The notes: generated by a model from the sequence alone, not told the origin. DNA of 64,000 bases from Candidatus Omnitrophota bacterium (GCA_903908245.1 CAIVRE010000010.1:4227-68226), one strand, 5' to 3'. Counted from the first letter of the stretch, positions 1 through 11,468 are shown. A program made the numbers and translations.

Positions 1-494
1 ACCCCCTCACAAACACCCACTGCCAGTTGAGCTTCCCTGACAAAACGCGTCACCAGAAGGAACTTCTTTTTTTCCACCGTTTTGTCATCTTTCTTACGGG
101 AAATATACTTTCTCCAGGCATAAGTTCCGATGAGCGCAGCCTCAACAGCCGCAACTGCGATAGCCGCACTGTCTTTATGAAGAACGATCTCCACCGAAAA
201 GAGTTTCTTTAACGGCGCGGAAAGAAGCGCGCGACGAAGCACAATACGAAGGCTGGTCAATGTAACGTCCTGCGTTTTACCAAGGCCGACCAGGATCACG
301 ACTTTCCCGTTGACGACCGCCGGGAACATCTCTCCCTTGGCCCCCTCGAACTGGAACGCGCTGATCGCCGAATGCAGCACATCACAAACAGGCTTCCCCT
401 GAAAAGGGCAATGCCTTTGGATGACCTGTTCCTTCGTTAAAAGCACCACGGAAGCCTGTTGGTCAAAACCAGGCTTGCTTGCAAAAAAAACCAT
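1..494 (-). CDS. Partial N-terminal part of a leucyl aminopeptidase (PepA-like). The gene continues beyond the window start.
   Basis: Hand translation of the minus strand from the ATG at 494 gives MVFFASKPGFDQQASVVLLTKEQ...VVILVGLGK..., which resembles the N-terminal domain of cytosol aminopeptidase. No stop was seen before position 1. It is absent from the ORF track because it is truncated. Confidence 0.4.
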   Translation of the reverse strand, partial: MVFFASKPGFDQQASVVLLTKEQVIQRHCPFQGKPVCDVLHSAISAFQFEGAKGEMFPAVVNGKVVILVGLGKTQDVTLTSLRIVLRRALLSAPLKKLFSVEIVLHKDSAAIAVAAVEAALIGTYAWRKYISRKKDDKTVEKKKFLLVTRFVREAQLAVGVCEG

Positions 495-505
495 ACCCGC
501 ACCTC

Positions 506-1813
506 TTATCGTTTATTGATCGGGACAAAATCCCTTGTTTTCGCCCCGACATAGATCTGCCGCGGACGGCCGATCTTCATCCCGCCCGGCGCTTCAACCA
601 TTTCTTTCCAGTGAGCGATCCACCCCGGCATCCGGCCGATCGCGAACATGACCGTGAACATATCCTTAGGGATGCCGATAGCCTTGTAAATGATCCCGCT
701 GTAAAAATCCACGTTCGGATAAAGATTGCGCTCGATAAAATACGGGTCCTTGAGGACCTTCTCCTCGATCTTGATGGCGATCTCCAGCAACGGGTCATTG
801 ATGCCAAGCTTGTGCAGAAGATCATGCGCGCATTTCTTGATGATCTTGGCCCGCGGATCGAAACTTTTATAAACACGATGCCCGACACCCATCAAAAGAA
901 AGCTGGATGACTTGTCTTTCGCCATATCAATATATTTGTCGATCCCGGAACCTTCCTTGTGAATAGTCTCAAGCATATCCAGGACCGCCTCGTTGGCCCC
1001 CCCGTGAAGCGGGCCCCACAACGCACAGATACCGGCCGAGATCGAGGCGAACAGGTTCGCTTTCGCACTGCCGACCAGGCGAACGGTCGATGTCGAACAA
1101 TTCTGCTCATGGTCCGCGTGAAGGATCAGGAGGACTTTGAGCGCGGTCACCACCTCGTCGTAAATCTTGTACTGCCGTGTCGGGGACGAGAACATCATGT
1201 TCAGGAAGTTCGGAACATATTCCAGGTCTTCACGGGGATAAACAAAAGGCTCCCCGATGGACTTCTTGTACGCAAAGGCCGCAATGGTCCGGATCTTGGA
1301 CATCAGCTGGGTCGCGATCCCGTCGAACTGTTTGGGCGTCGGATCGACCAGATCGATACCCGGATAATACGCCGACAGCGAACAGACCATCGACGCGAGG
1401 ATACCCATCGGATGCGCGGTCGACGGATACCCCTTAAAAACATTTTTCATGTCCTCATGGATCATGGAATGATTGGTGAAAAGGCCGGAGAACTCCCTTA
1501 ACTGCTTGGCCGTCGGAAGATGACCATAAATCAGAAGATAGGCGGTTTCAAGAAAACTCGAATGTTCGGCCAATTGTTCGATCGGATACCCGCGATAACG
1601 CAGGATACCGGCCTCACCGTCAAGGAAAGTGATGGCACTGGAACAACTGGCGGTATTCCCGAACCCCTGGTCGAACGTCACATAATTTGTAAGGGCACGC
1701 AACCTGGAAATATCGATCCCGCGCTCCCCTTCAGAACCGGTAATAACAGGGAGTTCATGAACGTTGTCATTGATGATGATCTTTGCCGTTTCCTGATCCA
1801 TCATTACCTCCAC
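506..1813 (-). CDS. gltA: Citrate synthase
   Basis: 435-aa ORF with typical citrate synthase motifs (GYGHRVYK-like GVGHRVYKSFDPRA; HEDMKNV region). Full length. Confidence 0.9.
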   Translation of the reverse strand: MEVMMDQETAKIIINDNVHELPVITGSEGERGIDISRLRALTNYVTFDQGFGNTASCSSAITFLDGEAGILRYRGYPIEQLAEHSSFLETAYLLIYGHLPTAKQLREFSGLFTNHSMIHEDMKNVFKGYPSTAHPMGILASMVCSLSAYYPGIDLVDPTPKQFDGIATQLMSKIRTIAAFAYKKSIGEPFVYPREDLEYVPNFLNMMFSSPTRQYKIYDEVVTALKVLLILHADHEQNCSTSTVRLVGSAKANLFASISAGICALWGPLHGGANEAVLDMLETIHKEGSGIDKYIDMAKDKSSSFLLMGVGHRVYKSFDPRAKIIKKCAHDLLHKLGINDPLLEIAIKIEEKVLKDPYFIERNLYPNVDFYSGIIYKAIGIPKDMFTVMFAIGRMPGWIAHWKEMVEAPGGMKIGRPRQIYVGAKTRDFVPINKR

Positions 1814-1888
1814 TGAGGATAAAAATAAGTAATAAAAAGAATTATTATATTATAGGCAGACAAAAAGAGCAATACGAACAACGGACGG

Positions 1889-2998
1889 TCACCGGGTTTC
1901 GCCCAGCGTCAAGGGTTGACGGCGTGAAGGCCGGTGGGGCGGCGTATTGACATCCCGGCTGATCGCCTTGATCTCAGGGAGCACCCGAAGGAACCTGTCA
2001 CAGACCTCAGGATCAAAATAAACCTCGCTCATCCGCTTGATCTCTTTAACAGCCGCTTCAAATGTCCAGGCTTTCTTGTACGGGCGCTCCGAAGTCAACG
2101 CATCAAAGACATCACAAATAGCACAGATACGGCCCACCAGGGGGATCGCCTCTCCCTTAAGGCCTCGAGGATATCCTTTTCCGTCCCAACGCTCATGATG
2201 GGTCAGGGCAACAGTCTCCGCCATTTTAAGAAAAGAAGATGTCCCTCCCGACAATATTTCAGCGCCTATCTCGGCATGCGTACGCATCACTGTAAGTTCT
2301 TCCGGCGTTAATGCGCCGGGCTTCAGCAGGATACTATCCGGGATCGCGATCTTGCCCACGTCATGCAAAGGGCTGGTTGCCAGGAGCAGCTCGCACTCCT
2401 CATCGGTCATCCCGAGAGCGCGCGCCAGCGTTTCGCAATAACGGCTCATGCGCACGATATGATCGCCGGTATCCGTGTCGCGGTATTCCGCCGCGTAACC
2501 AAGCCGGCGGATCACATCCAGACGGCTCTGATGCAATTCGGCCGTGCGTTCATGGATGATACTGGCCAGATTGGCATTCTGATCCTTGACGGCATTATGA
2601 AGGAGGTTCGTTTCAATAAGGTTGCGGCAACGCATAATGACCCTTGCCCGGTCATAAGGCTTGTTCAGAAAGTCTTTCGCTCCGGCGGATAATGCCCTCA
2701 AATGAACGCTGTCATCAGAGTCGCCGGTAATAATGATGATCGGCAAGTAATCGTCGGGGTAATCCCGGCGCAAACGGACCATCACATCAAAGCCGCTGAC
2801 CTTGGGCATGTTCAGGTCCAGGATCAGGACATCCGGTTTGTACGAACGATAGACGTTCGCGATCCGTGTGGCATTGGGGAGGCAACGGATGTTGATAAAC
2901 CCGGATGACAGAAGAATATGCTTTAATAAAACCCGGCTGGCCTTGTCGTCTTCCAGGATCAGGATCTTTGCATTCAATATTTGTTCAGACGTTATCAT
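1889..2998 (-). CDS. Two-component response regulator with a C-terminal HD-GYP c-di-GMP phosphodiesterase domain (RpfG-like)
   Basis: N-terminal receiver domain (LILEDDKASRVLL...DVLILDLNMP). C-terminal HD domain with HHERWDGKGYP, the HD-GYP signature. Confidence 0.85.
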   Translation of the reverse strand: MITSEQILNAKILILEDDKASRVLLKHILLSSGFINIRCLPNATRIANVYRSYKPDVLILDLNMPKVSGFDVMVRLRRDYPDDYLPIIIITGDSDDSVHLRALSAGAKDFLNKPYDRARVIMRCRNLIETNLLHNAVKDQNANLASIIHERTAELHQSRLDVIRRLGYAAEYRDTDTGDHIVRMSRYCETLARALGMTDEECELLLATSPLHDVGKIAIPDSILLKPGALTPEELTVMRTHAEIGAEILSGGTSSFLKMAETVALTHHERWDGKGYPRGLKGEAIPLVGRICAICDVFDALTSERPYKKAWTFEAAVKEIKRMSEVYFDPEVCDRFLRVLPEIKAISRDVNTPPHRPSRRQPLTLGETR

Positions 2999-3725
2999 AA
3001 GCTTTCAATGCCGCATGATCCGTGGAATCACAATGTACAGGAGTTACTGTAGCAAATCCACGGGCTAAAATAAAGGAATCTGAGTTTTTTTCTTTGTGCG
3101 GGGCCGGCGGCCGGCCGGTAAGCCAGAAATATTCACGCCCGCCTGGATCTTTCCTTCGGCGGAATTCACCGTGAATCGGGATCCGGCACTGCCGGGCCCA
3201 GCGGATACCCTTCGAAACACCCGGCGGGACATTCACATTCAGGAACGTCCCGTGAGGCAAGCCTTTCTCGATCACCATCCGCGCGACTTTGAGCCCGATC
3301 ACGGCGGAATGCGCATACTTGGGGTCTTCCCAGTCATTGAGTGAAACCGCGATCGACGGGATCCCGTTGAGGGCCCCTTCCCTTGCCGCTCCGACAGTCC
3401 CGGAATAGAACACACTGCAACCATCGTTACCGCCCCGGTTAATACCGGAAAAGATCATGTCCGGCCGGTCCTCCCTGAGAAGCACCCCCAACGCAAATTT
3501 CACACAATCTGCCGGTGTCCCGCTCAAAGCACTCCCCTTGACCCGAGGTAGAAATGCAACCGTCTTGTGATAGATCGGATGGTCAAGGGTGATCGCCTGT
3601 GAGATCGAACTTCGCTCCCCGTCGGGAGCAACAACAGTCACCCGCCCCAGTTTGATCAGGGCTTTATACAAGGCAATTATTCCGTCGGAACGGATACCAT
3701 CATCATTGGTCAACAAAATATGCAT
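2985..3725 (-). CDS. surE: 5'/3'-nucleotidase SurE
   Basis: Starts MHILLTNDDGI, the classic SurE N-terminal DDG motif. 246 aa. Confidence 0.85.
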   Translation of the reverse strand: MHILLTNDDGIRSDGIIALYKALIKLGRVTVVAPDGERSSISQAITLDHPIYHKTVAFLPRVKGSALSGTPADCVKFALGVLLREDRPDMIFSGINRGGNDGCSVFYSGTVGAAREGALNGIPSIAVSLNDWEDPKYAHSAVIGLKVARMVIEKGLPHGTFLNVNVPPGVSKGIRWARQCRIPIHGEFRRRKDPGGREYFWLTGRPPAPHKEKNSDSFILARGFATVTPVHCDSTDHAALKAYDNV

Positions 3726-5458
3726 TAAGACTTCCTCCTGGGGACACGGACTTCGATCACTGTAGACCCTTTGGACCCTAAAGCCCGCGTATAATCTCTT
3801 TTAAAAGCCGTTAAAGAACCCGGCGCATCATATTTAAGACCAAAAAGACTGGCCGCCGAACGGAATGAGATCCCGTGCGGTGCAGTAAAACATTTCTGAA
3901 AAACAGGGGACCTCTCATAAACAGGAAGAAGAGTAAATATCCCTCCTCCGTCATTGTTGATCGCGACAATAACAAGTTTTTGTCCCGCGCGAACTAATAA
4001 TGCCAGCGCATTAAGATCATACAAGAACGCCAGATCGCCGATCACGAGTGTCGTTGTGCTCTTTAACCCTTCGGCAAAACCGATGGCCGAAGCAATGATC
4101 CCATCAATCCCGGAAGCACCGCGGTTAGCCCCCACAACGACGTCGCGGCCATCCCGCGAGGCGAAAGAATCCATATCGCGCACAGGCATGCTATTGCTTA
4201 AGAACAACCCGCTTCCTGCCGGAATGATCTTCGTCACCATACGCGCAATCGCAGGCTCAGAGAGAACGCTTCGGGATAAAGTTCTTTCGATCCTCCGCTC
4301 TTCGGTCTGATCGGCTTTCCGGAGGCCTGACAAGGCCTTTGGAAAAACCCGGTCTCCGAGTAACGGCAAAACACCGTCGATGAAAACAGCCGGTCCGACA
4401 ACGAACCGCGCAGTCACTTTATGAAGCGGATCACTGCGCAGCGGATGAGCGATGACCATCAGATATTCTTTAAGCGCCATCCTTGTTAATGCCTCGTAAC
4501 AACGCCTGGACGTCATTCGTCCGCCGAAATGAATAACCCCGTCGAAATCCATCGGGCCCTTTCTTGTCGAAAGGATCCGGTCAAAATACGCGATCACATT
4601 AGGATGCCGGCAACCCAGGCGAAGTCCCGATGTAACATCCGCGAATATCGGAAATCCGGTCTTTTCCGCGAACAACAAGATCGCCTGACGGTCCGCCGGA
4701 GATGACAACTTCCCGACAAGAATAAGGGCATTCCTGATTCGGCCAAGACGGCTCTGGGCATCTTTTAATGCGCTTTCAGTTACGATCGCCCCTTTCGGCT
4801 CATAAACCGTATAAGACTTGTCTGAAGCCACCCAATTCCTGAGCGAAGAAAGATATCGAGTCAAATTCTTGTTCTGCTTGACCGGTGCCAAAGGCTCACG
4901 GAACATGACATTGAGATGCACCGGCCCGGGCAATTCCCCTTTAGCCCGGCTGACGGCCAGACCTGCGGTGGTCAGGACAAATTCTGGCAGGATCTCCATC
5001 GTCGGACAAGGCATATCGAAAGCCCAGCGTACGTAAGCGCCATACATACCCGGCTGTTCAATGCACTGGGCCGCTCCGGTCTTTTGCAGTTCCGGCGGAC
5101 GATCAGCGGTCAGGACGATCAAAGGCAGTTTCTTTTTTGACGCCTCAATGATCCCGGGCAAGAAATTCGCGGCCGCAGTCCCCGATGTGCATACCAGCAC
5201 CGCCGGCTTTCCTGACGATGACGCATAGCCGCAGGCCATGAACGCAAGCGCCCGCTCATCAAAATGAACCACCGAATGGACCCTTTTATCATTGCCTGCC
5301 GCAAATAACAGGGGGGCCGAGCGGGAACCGGGCGCAAGAAAAAAATATTCAACCCCTTGCCGGCGCAATTCTTCCACCAGCAATGCCGCCCATAAATAAT
5401 TGATGTTCGGCTGATCGATCACAGACAGCATTGAATGATCAGCGTCCATAAAGGACAT
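3725..5458 (-). CDS. menD: 2-succinyl-5-enolpyruvyl-6-hydroxy-3-cyclohexene-1-carboxylate synthase (MenD)
   Basis: 577-aa ThDP-enzyme architecture with a GDLAFLYDLNAL ThDP-binding motif. Adjacent to menF. The true start may be the internal Met near 5431. Confidence 0.8.
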   Translation of the reverse strand: MSFMDADHSMLSVIDQPNINYLWAALLVEELRRQGVEYFFLAPGSRSAPLLFAAGNDKRVHSVVHFDERALAFMACGYASSSGKPAVLVCTSGTAAANFLPGIIEASKKKLPLIVLTADRPPELQKTGAAQCIEQPGMYGAYVRWAFDMPCPTMEILPEFVLTTAGLAVSRAKGELPGPVHLNVMFREPLAPVKQNKNLTRYLSSLRNWVASDKSYTVYEPKGAIVTESALKDAQSRLGRIRNALILVGKLSSPADRQAILLFAEKTGFPIFADVTSGLRLGCRHPNVIAYFDRILSTRKGPMDFDGVIHFGGRMTSRRCYEALTRMALKEYLMVIAHPLRSDPLHKVTARFVVGPAVFIDGVLPLLGDRVFPKALSGLRKADQTEERRIERTLSRSVLSEPAIARMVTKIIPAGSGLFLSNSMPVRDMDSFASRDGRDVVVGANRGASGIDGIIASAIGFAEGLKSTTTLVIGDLAFLYDLNALALLVRAGQKLVIVAINNDGGGIFTLLPVYERSPVFQKCFTAPHGISFRSAASLFGLKYDAPGSLTAFKRDYTRALGSKGSTVIEVRVPRRKS

Positions 5459-6794
5459 CCAGGATGTTTTTCATTTTTAACCCGACCTCTTCCCATTCCG
5501 CCAGCGCGTCCGACCCCTTGACCACCCCGGCGCCACCATAAATATACCATTGAGCCTGACGAATAAGGCAAGAACGGATCCCGACCGCCATCTGGGCCTC
5601 ATCACGGCTCAACCAGCCAACGGTCCCTGCGAACCATCCCCGGTCAAAAGGTTCGCTACTCAAAAGCGTTTGAACGGCTCCCGCGGTCGGCACACCGCCT
5701 ACGGCCGGTGTGGGATGCAAGGCATTGATAATAACTTCATCACTGACCCCTTCCAGCAAACGGCCCCGCAGACGCTGGAAAAAATGCCGTTGATTGGGCA
5801 GTTCCATCATTGTGCCTTTTCCATCTAGCTTGGCCAGAACGCATAATTGCCGTAACCTGTCCGCCAGCATATCCACCACCTGCTTATGCTCCAGCTTGTC
5901 TTTGACAGAAGCCGCCAGCTCTGCCTTGAACCGCAGATCCTCCCACTCATCCTGGCCACGGGGACGGGTCCCGGCAACGGCAAAGGTATCAAGGCGGTCC
6001 CGGCGGCGGTGATAAAGCAGTTCCGGCGAAACCCCGAGAAAACCGGTCAACGGCGCCGGCAAACACATGAATCCATGGCCGGACTGCTCGAGCAGCTTCG
6101 CCATCACAACCTCAGGGGAAACAGGAGAACTCAGAACCAGCCTCAAACAACGGGCGAGAACGACTTTGGATATTTCACCACTGTCAATAAGCGCAAGCAT
6201 TTTTCCAACGATCCCCCGCCACTCTTCATAGGATGGAGACTCCTCAAGGGATACAATATCCGGTGCAAACGCGGAAACATCTTCCACATAAAAGATCCTG
6301 TCAAGGATAGCGATCGTTTCGTCCATGGTCCCGTCATCAGCCTCGGAAAGGATCAGCTGGCATACCAGGTGCCACTTGGCGCTGGCAGGATCGCGTTCGA
6401 TCCCGATCTTGGGGATATACATCGCCCAGGCATCAAAATCAGACCACTCCGGGCCGATGATCCGCGCATGAAAAGACCCGCCGCACCAACAACGCAATGA
6501 CGGCACGCGCTCCATCCACTGACGCACCGTATCCCATTGTTCCGACACGCAAGTGCGGTCCGAATTCGTAAAGATATGGGCCGCGCCGGCATAAGCCAGC
6601 ATCCGCCCGCCATCCTCACTGCGCCAGAAGAACTTTGGATACTCCCTCTGGGATGCCAGCCAGGACAATGGTTCATAGGCGTCGGAACACTCGGCCTGGA
6701 CACGGATCACCAAGGGGTACTGCCCCGCGGTGACCGCTTTGGCACATTCCCTGATCAATGCCCGTTTTAACGCTTTGACCGGATCTGAATTCAT
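5439..6794 (-). CDS. menF: Isochorismate synthase (MenF)
   Basis: 451-aa chorismate-binding enzyme. C-terminal GGAGVVKGSDALAEWEE is typical of the isochorismate synthase/anthranilate synthase family. Clustered with menD and ubiE/menG. Confidence 0.75.
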   Translation of the reverse strand: MNSDPVKALKRALIRECAKAVTAGQYPLVIRVQAECSDAYEPLSWLASQREYPKFFWRSEDGGRMLAYAGAAHIFTNSDRTCVSEQWDTVRQWMERVPSLRCWCGGSFHARIIGPEWSDFDAWAMYIPKIGIERDPASAKWHLVCQLILSEADDGTMDETIAILDRIFYVEDVSAFAPDIVSLEESPSYEEWRGIVGKMLALIDSGEISKVVLARCLRLVLSSPVSPEVVMAKLLEQSGHGFMCLPAPLTGFLGVSPELLYHRRRDRLDTFAVAGTRPRGQDEWEDLRFKAELAASVKDKLEHKQVVDMLADRLRQLCVLAKLDGKGTMMELPNQRHFFQRLRGRLLEGVSDEVIINALHPTPAVGGVPTAGAVQTLLSSEPFDRGWFAGTVGWLSRDEAQMAVGIRSCLIRQAQWYIYGGAGVVKGSDALAEWEEVGLKMKNILDVLYGR

Positions 6795-7528
6795 TTCTTT
6801 GCCATATATAAGGTGACCGCGCCAAAAGCCATCGGGCGAACCGAGACCTCCCTGAAACCTGACTGGCGAAGCATTTTAAGAAAACGATCGGGCGAAGGGA
6901 ACCGGATAATGCTTTCCCCAAGATGGCGATACGCCTTCCAATTCCCTGTGAACAACAAACCCGCCAAAGGGACAATGACCCCCAAATACAACCAATACAA
7001 GAACCGAGCGATCGCTCCTGCCGGACGAGAAAACTCCAGTATCCCGAAATATCCCGAAGGCTTCAGGACCCGGTACGCTGAAATTAAAAGCCTGATAATA
7101 TCCGGAACATTCCGTAGAGCAAAACCAACAGTGACCGCGTCGAACGATGCGTCCTCGAACGGGACATTCAACGCATCGCCCTCGATCAAGCATGGCTTTG
7201 CCCCTGCCTTATTCAAACGAACCCTCGCCACGCCCAACATGTTCCCGGAAATATCAATGCCCGTTATATGCGTAACATCAGGACGATAACGGAAGAACGC
7301 CAAAGGGATCGCCGCGGTGCCGCAGGCAAGATCCAGCAGACAACGCGTCCCCGGGGGAAAAGCCTTTGCCAGCCGGGCTCGCCATGCCGAATGAAACCCG
7401 AACGACAATACAGAGTTCACCAGGTCATAACGAAAGGCAATGCGATCAAATATCTCATTGGAAACTGCGTTCGATAACCCCATCTTTATCCGATCAGAAA
7501 ATGTTCCGCTTCCAGAGCGGCCATGCAT
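6791..7528 (-). CDS. ubiE: Demethylmenaquinone/ubiquinone C-methyltransferase (UbiE/MenG family)
   Basis: The N-terminus [24 protein letters not shown] and the LDLACGT SAM-binding motif match the UbiE/MenG family. Confidence 0.75.
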   Translation of the reverse strand: MHGRSGSGTFSDRIKMGLSNAVSNEIFDRIAFRYDLVNSVLSFGFHSAWRARLAKAFPPGTRCLLDLACGTAAIPLAFFRYRPDVTHITGIDISGNMLGVARVRLNKAGAKPCLIEGDALNVPFEDASFDAVTVGFALRNVPDIIRLLISAYRVLKPSGYFGILEFSRPAGAIARFLYWLYLGVIVPLAGLLFTGNWKAYRHLGESIIRFPSPDRFLKMLRQSGFREVSVRPMAFGAVTLYMAKK

Positions 7529-8421
7529 CCCGACCCGGCTGCAACGATCGCCTGCCGATATTTCCTGTCCTGCACATCCCCGCAGGCGAAAACACCTTCA
7601 ATATTTGTTGCCGTCGATCCGGGGGCTGTTTTTATATACCCCGTCTCATCGAGCTGAACCTGGCCTCCGAGAAATGCCGTATTGGGCGTATGCCCGATCG
7701 CATAAAAAAGTCCGCCGCAAGCAAGGTCGGACTTCATCCCGGTCTTGGTGTCCTGGACCTTTAATCCTGTCAACACCTTGTTCCCCACCGCTTCCAGAGG
7801 GACCGTATTCCACATAACCTCGACCTTGGGATCTCCCAGAACACGTTTTTGCATCGCCTTGGATGCGCGTAATTCATCACGACGATGCATCAGGATCACC
7901 TTGCCGGCATATTTGGTCAAATGAGTGGCTTCCTCGACCGCGGTATCTCCTCCGCCGATCACCACCAGGACCTTGTTGCGAAAAAAAGGCAGCGCCCCGT
8001 CACATACCGCGCACGCCGAGATCCCCTTCTGCCAGAATTCATCTTCTCCCGGGATATCCATCCTTTTCGCCGTCGCACCCGTGGCAATGATCAAAGCCCT
8101 GGCCTGGAACGCCTCTCCACTTTCCGTGATGACCGTCAAAGGGCGTTTGGACAGCTCGACTTTCTCAACTGTTTCGGTCTTGATGCGCGTGCCGTATTTG
8201 ACAGACTGTTCCCGCATCTTGAGCATCAATTCAGGCCCGCTGACGGCATCCGGAAATCCGGGAAAATTCTCGATCTCAGTCGTTGTGGTCAATTGGCCGC
8301 CGGCCGCAACTCCGCCGGCCATCATCCCTTCGAAAAGCAATGGCGACAGATTCGCCCTCGCCGCGTAAATAGCCGCGGTATGCGCCGCTGGCCCTGAACC
8401 GATAATGATCACATTCTCCAT
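7486..8421 (-). CDS. trxB: Thioredoxin-disulfide reductase
   Basis: 311 aa. [15 protein letters not shown] motif, CAVCDG redox-active disulfide, and a second GGGD NAD(P)H motif. Confidence 0.9.
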   Translation of the reverse strand: MENVIIIGSGPAAHTAAIYAARANLSPLLFEGMMAGGVAAGGQLTTTTEIENFPGFPDAVSGPELMLKMREQSVKYGTRIKTETVEKVELSKRPLTVITESGEAFQARALIIATGATAKRMDIPGEDEFWQKGISACAVCDGALPFFRNKVLVVIGGGDTAVEEATHLTKYAGKVILMHRRDELRASKAMQKRVLGDPKVEVMWNTVPLEAVGNKVLTGLKVQDTKTGMKSDLACGGLFYAIGHTPNTAFLGGQVQLDETGYIKTAPGSTATNIEGVFACGDVQDRKYRQAIVAAGSGCMAALEAEHFLIG

Positions 8422-8437
8422 ATTTTGACGCTCCTGG

Positions 8438-9511
8438 TCATTGTTTCCTGAACGGCCGCAATTCTTTTATCGTCTTTATCCCGTCCTCTTCACCGTATGC
8501 CGACGCTTTCGCCAGCAATTCATCCAGCGGCACTTCCGACTTGATGGTAAATCCGGCATCCCGGATCATCTGAAGCGTCCGGGTATCCGCCGCACCGCGC
8601 ACATTAAGATACCCCTGCAAAAAAAGAGAATTCGCCGCGTATAACCCCATTGCCTCAAGGGACCGCAAATGCATTTCACGCCCGGCCGCCATCCTTATTT
8701 CAGCAGAAGGATTAATGAGCCGGAAAAGACATAAAACACGCAAACAATATTCCGGGGAAAGCCCGCTGGCGCTGGTGATCGCGACTCCCGGAACGGGCAT
8801 AAAAAAATTCACCGGGATCGATTCGGCCTTCAATTCTCTAAGCCGCATCGCCATATCCACCACATCGCTCGCAGCCTCCCCCATCCCCACAATAACACCC
8901 GAACAAACGGCCAATCCCGCTTCTTTAGCCGCTTTTAAAGTCCCTATCCTGTCATTGTACGAATGTGTCGTGCAAATATGGCCATAATAGCGCTCGGATG
9001 TATTAAGATTATGGTTCAGGCGATCCAGCCCGGCGGACTTGAGCCTGACAGCCTGGACAGGGCTGACAATGCCCGGTGATACGCAAACTTCAATGGGATA
9101 TTTCTTCTTGATATCACGGATAATGGTGCACAGCCTGTCAATGCGCTCATCGGAAGGGCCGGTCCCGGCAAAAACCATGCAATACCGGAAAGCCCCCTGT
9201 TCATACGCCGCCTCCGCTTCCGCCAGGATCTCGCTTTCCGGCTTCATCGGGTATTGCTCGATCAAAGCATGCGAAGACCTGGATTGGGCGCAATACCGGC
9301 AGTCCTCCGGGCACAGCCCGTTCTGGACATTATTCAGGATATGGACCGTCACTTCCCTCTTATAGTGCATCTCCCTGAAATAATACGCCGCGCCAAGGCA
9401 AGACAACAGATCACAGCGCGCAGCATCAAGGACTGCAAGGCTGTCGTCCAGGGATAAACCTTCCGGCCTTTGTGCCGCTTTAATAATATGATCTACAGGA
9501 TTTTTTTTCAT
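8438..9511 (-). CDS. bioB: Biotin synthase (radical SAM)
   Basis: [11 protein letters not shown] radical-SAM motif, identical in spacing to BioB. Downstream [12 protein letters not shown] and [11 protein letters not shown] and RMAAGRE blocks match the BioB [2Fe-2S] ligand regions. Confidence 0.8.
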   Translation of the reverse strand: MKKNPVDHIIKAAQRPEGLSLDDSLAVLDAARCDLLSCLGAAYYFREMHYKREVTVHILNNVQNGLCPEDCRYCAQSRSSHALIEQYPMKPESEILAEAEAAYEQGAFRYCMVFAGTGPSDERIDRLCTIIRDIKKKYPIEVCVSPGIVSPVQAVRLKSAGLDRLNHNLNTSERYYGHICTTHSYNDRIGTLKAAKEAGLAVCSGVIVGMGEAASDVVDMAMRLRELKAESIPVNFFMPVPGVAITSASGLSPEYCLRVLCLFRLINPSAEIRMAAGREMHLRSLEAMGLYAANSLFLQGYLNVRGAADTRTLQMIRDAGFTIKSEVPLDELLAKASAYGEEDGIKTIKELRPFRKQ

Positions 9512-9599
9512 AAAAATAAGAACTTATTGTATTATAAAGTCGGATTTAAAAATAGTAAAATCGCTCTCCCGGAAACAAGGTTTTAAACTTTTTAAAAGC

Positions 9600-11450
9600 T
9601 TGATTTTCGGTCAATTTGCTCTATATTGTCGTGATAAGAATACAAGTGGACAACCTATGGCGCATACATTCCACATCCCTGTAATGGGAACCGGCTTTAC
9701 GATCGACTCGCCGATCCGCGTGGCCCGTTACGGCATTTCCTCTGTCGTTTCGCTGGTGGACGACACCCTCATCGAAAATGTCCGGAAATTCTACGCCCAG
9801 CGCTACGGGAAAAAATACTCCCCTATTAATAAACATGATGATGACTGGCGCGCCAAGCGTATCACCGCCTATTTGAACTTGTCTGATGAGATCGTTGCCA
9901 AACAGTTCGAGGACCTCAAGGCATCCCCTTTCACGCCTTCCAGCGAGATCACCAGGTATTTTGAATTTCTTCCGGACAGTTCCCCGTTAAAGATCCAGTA
10001 CGCTCAAATGCTCGTGGAAAATGACCCCGGACAAAAGCTTGACCTGCAGAACTCCTTGCGCAGCCTGATCACTCCCGGCAAGATCGATGTCAATATCATG
10101 ACCAAGATCGACCGCGCGAATTTCGCCAAAGACGGCACTCCACTCTCGGAGGAATATTCAGACGCGCTCGCAGCCCTGCGCGGCTACGCCAACAGCACGC
10201 TGCGCTCCGCCATTGTCCTTTCGGCGGGGTTCAACCGCCGGCTCTATACTTATATTGAAGATTTCGCCGACTTCTACCCTGACGCAAATGGCCAATTCAA
10301 AAAAGAGATAATCCTAAAAGTCAGCGATTACCGTTCCGCCATCACACAAGGAAAATTCCTGGCAAAAAAGGGCTTATGGGTCTCGGAGTTCCGTGTTGAG
10401 TCCGGGCTCAACTGTGGCGGCCACGCATTCGCGGGGTCAGGGAACCTGATGGGGCCTATCCTGGAAGAGTTCAAACAAAAACAGCGGGAATTGATCGAAC
10501 AACTCGGCAGCACCTGTGTTGAAGCCCTGAAAGCAAAAAATAAACCAGTTCCTTCTTCCCCTCTGACGTTCCGGCTTACGGCCCAGGGCGGTATCGGAAC
10601 AACCAATGAAGACAAATTCCTTCAACGTTACTACGGCGTGGTCTCAACCGGATGGGGATCTCCCTTCCTGCTTGTTCCGCAGGCTGTCCAGATCGATAAT
10701 GACACCCTCACCAAACTCGCGGCCGCCGGCGAGAATGATATTTACTTAAGCGATGTCTCCCCTCTGAATGTCGCCTTCAACAATCTGCGCAATTCATTAA
10801 GCGAGATCAAGAAGTGCCTGCTCATCGATGAAGGGACTCCAGGCAGCCCGTGCATGCTTGGCCACCTGGCCACCAACACCGAATTTACCAAGAATCCCGT
10901 TTGCACCGCATCAAGAGTCTACCAGAAGTTAAAACTGGAAGCCCTTAAAGCGCTGGGCCTGTCCAAAGAAGAATACGAACGGCAATTCAAAAAGATCACC
11001 TCCAAGGCCTGTATCTGCTCCCAGCTTGGGGACGGGGTCTACATCAACGAATCCATCCCGAAAAAAGACGTCCTTGCCCCGGCGGTTTGCCCGGGCCCGA
11101 ACATCGCGTATTTCAACCGGCCAGCGACCCTTAAAGAAATGATCGACCATATCTATGGCCGGCAGAACATCATGCTTTTCAAGAACCGGCCGCATATGTT
11201 CATTAAAGAACTCCGGCTGAACATTGAACAATTTGAGCTCGTCCTGGCCGATAAAAGCACGGAAGCCGCGGATAAAAGGAACGCTGTCATTAAAGAATAC
11301 CAGGCCAACCTGACCGATGGCATCGCTTATTACCGGTCGCTCGTTGCGAATCTCCTGGAAGAGAATGATGCCGCCCGCGAACGCTTCCTGGCCGATCTTA
11401 ATGAATGCGCCAGAAAGATCAGCCAGATATCACCCCCAACAACACCCTGA
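9600..11450 (+). CDS. Conserved hypothetical 616-aa protein. It may be a divergent FMN-dependent TIM-barrel oxidoreductase (nitronate monooxygenase/FabK-like) with a ~200-aa C-terminal extension.
   Basis: Long clean ORF whose stop lies 18 nt before the downstream transporter. Weak motif resemblance to the NMO family: HIPVMGTGFT, GLNCGGHAF (AGGH-like catalytic His), LTAQGGIGTT, VSTGWGSPFLL (GTRFL-like). The track start is TTG at 9600; an ATG at 9657 is an alternative start. Confidence 0.35.
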   Translation: MIFGQFALYCRDKNTSGQPMAHTFHIPVMGTGFTIDSPIRVARYGISSVVSLVDDTLIENVRKFYAQRYGKKYSPINKHDDDWRAKRITAYLNLSDEIVAKQFEDLKASPFTPSSEITRYFEFLPDSSPLKIQYAQMLVENDPGQKLDLQNSLRSLITPGKIDVNIMTKIDRANFAKDGTPLSEEYSDALAALRGYANSTLRSAIVLSAGFNRRLYTYIEDFADFYPDANGQFKKEIILKVSDYRSAITQGKFLAKKGLWVSEFRVESGLNCGGHAFAGSGNLMGPILEEFKQKQRELIEQLGSTCVEALKAKNKPVPSSPLTFRLTAQGGIGTTNEDKFLQRYYGVVSTGWGSPFLLVPQAVQIDNDTLTKLAAAGENDIYLSDVSPLNVAFNNLRNSLSEIKKCLLIDEGTPGSPCMLGHLATNTEFTKNPVCTASRVYQKLKLEALKALGLSKEEYERQFKKITSKACICSQLGDGVYINESIPKKDVLAPAVCPGPNIAYFNRPATLKEMIDHIYGRQNIMLFKNRPHMFIKELRLNIEQFELVLADKSTEAADKRNAVIKEYQANLTDGIAYYRSLVANLLEENDAARERFLADLNECARKISQISPPTTP

Positions 11451-11468
11451 TAACGTCACTCAATAACA

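Noticed and set aside
577-1501. Several 70-180-aa ORFs (577-888 -, 892-1110 -, 959-1501 +, 1177-1437 +) overlap the citrate synthase gene
   Set aside because: These are shadow ORFs in alternative frames or the antisense strand of a clearly conserved gene. They are Arg/Ser-rich and low-complexity, which is typical of GC-rich frame artefacts. The same applies to most short ORFs nested inside the large conserved genes across the window.
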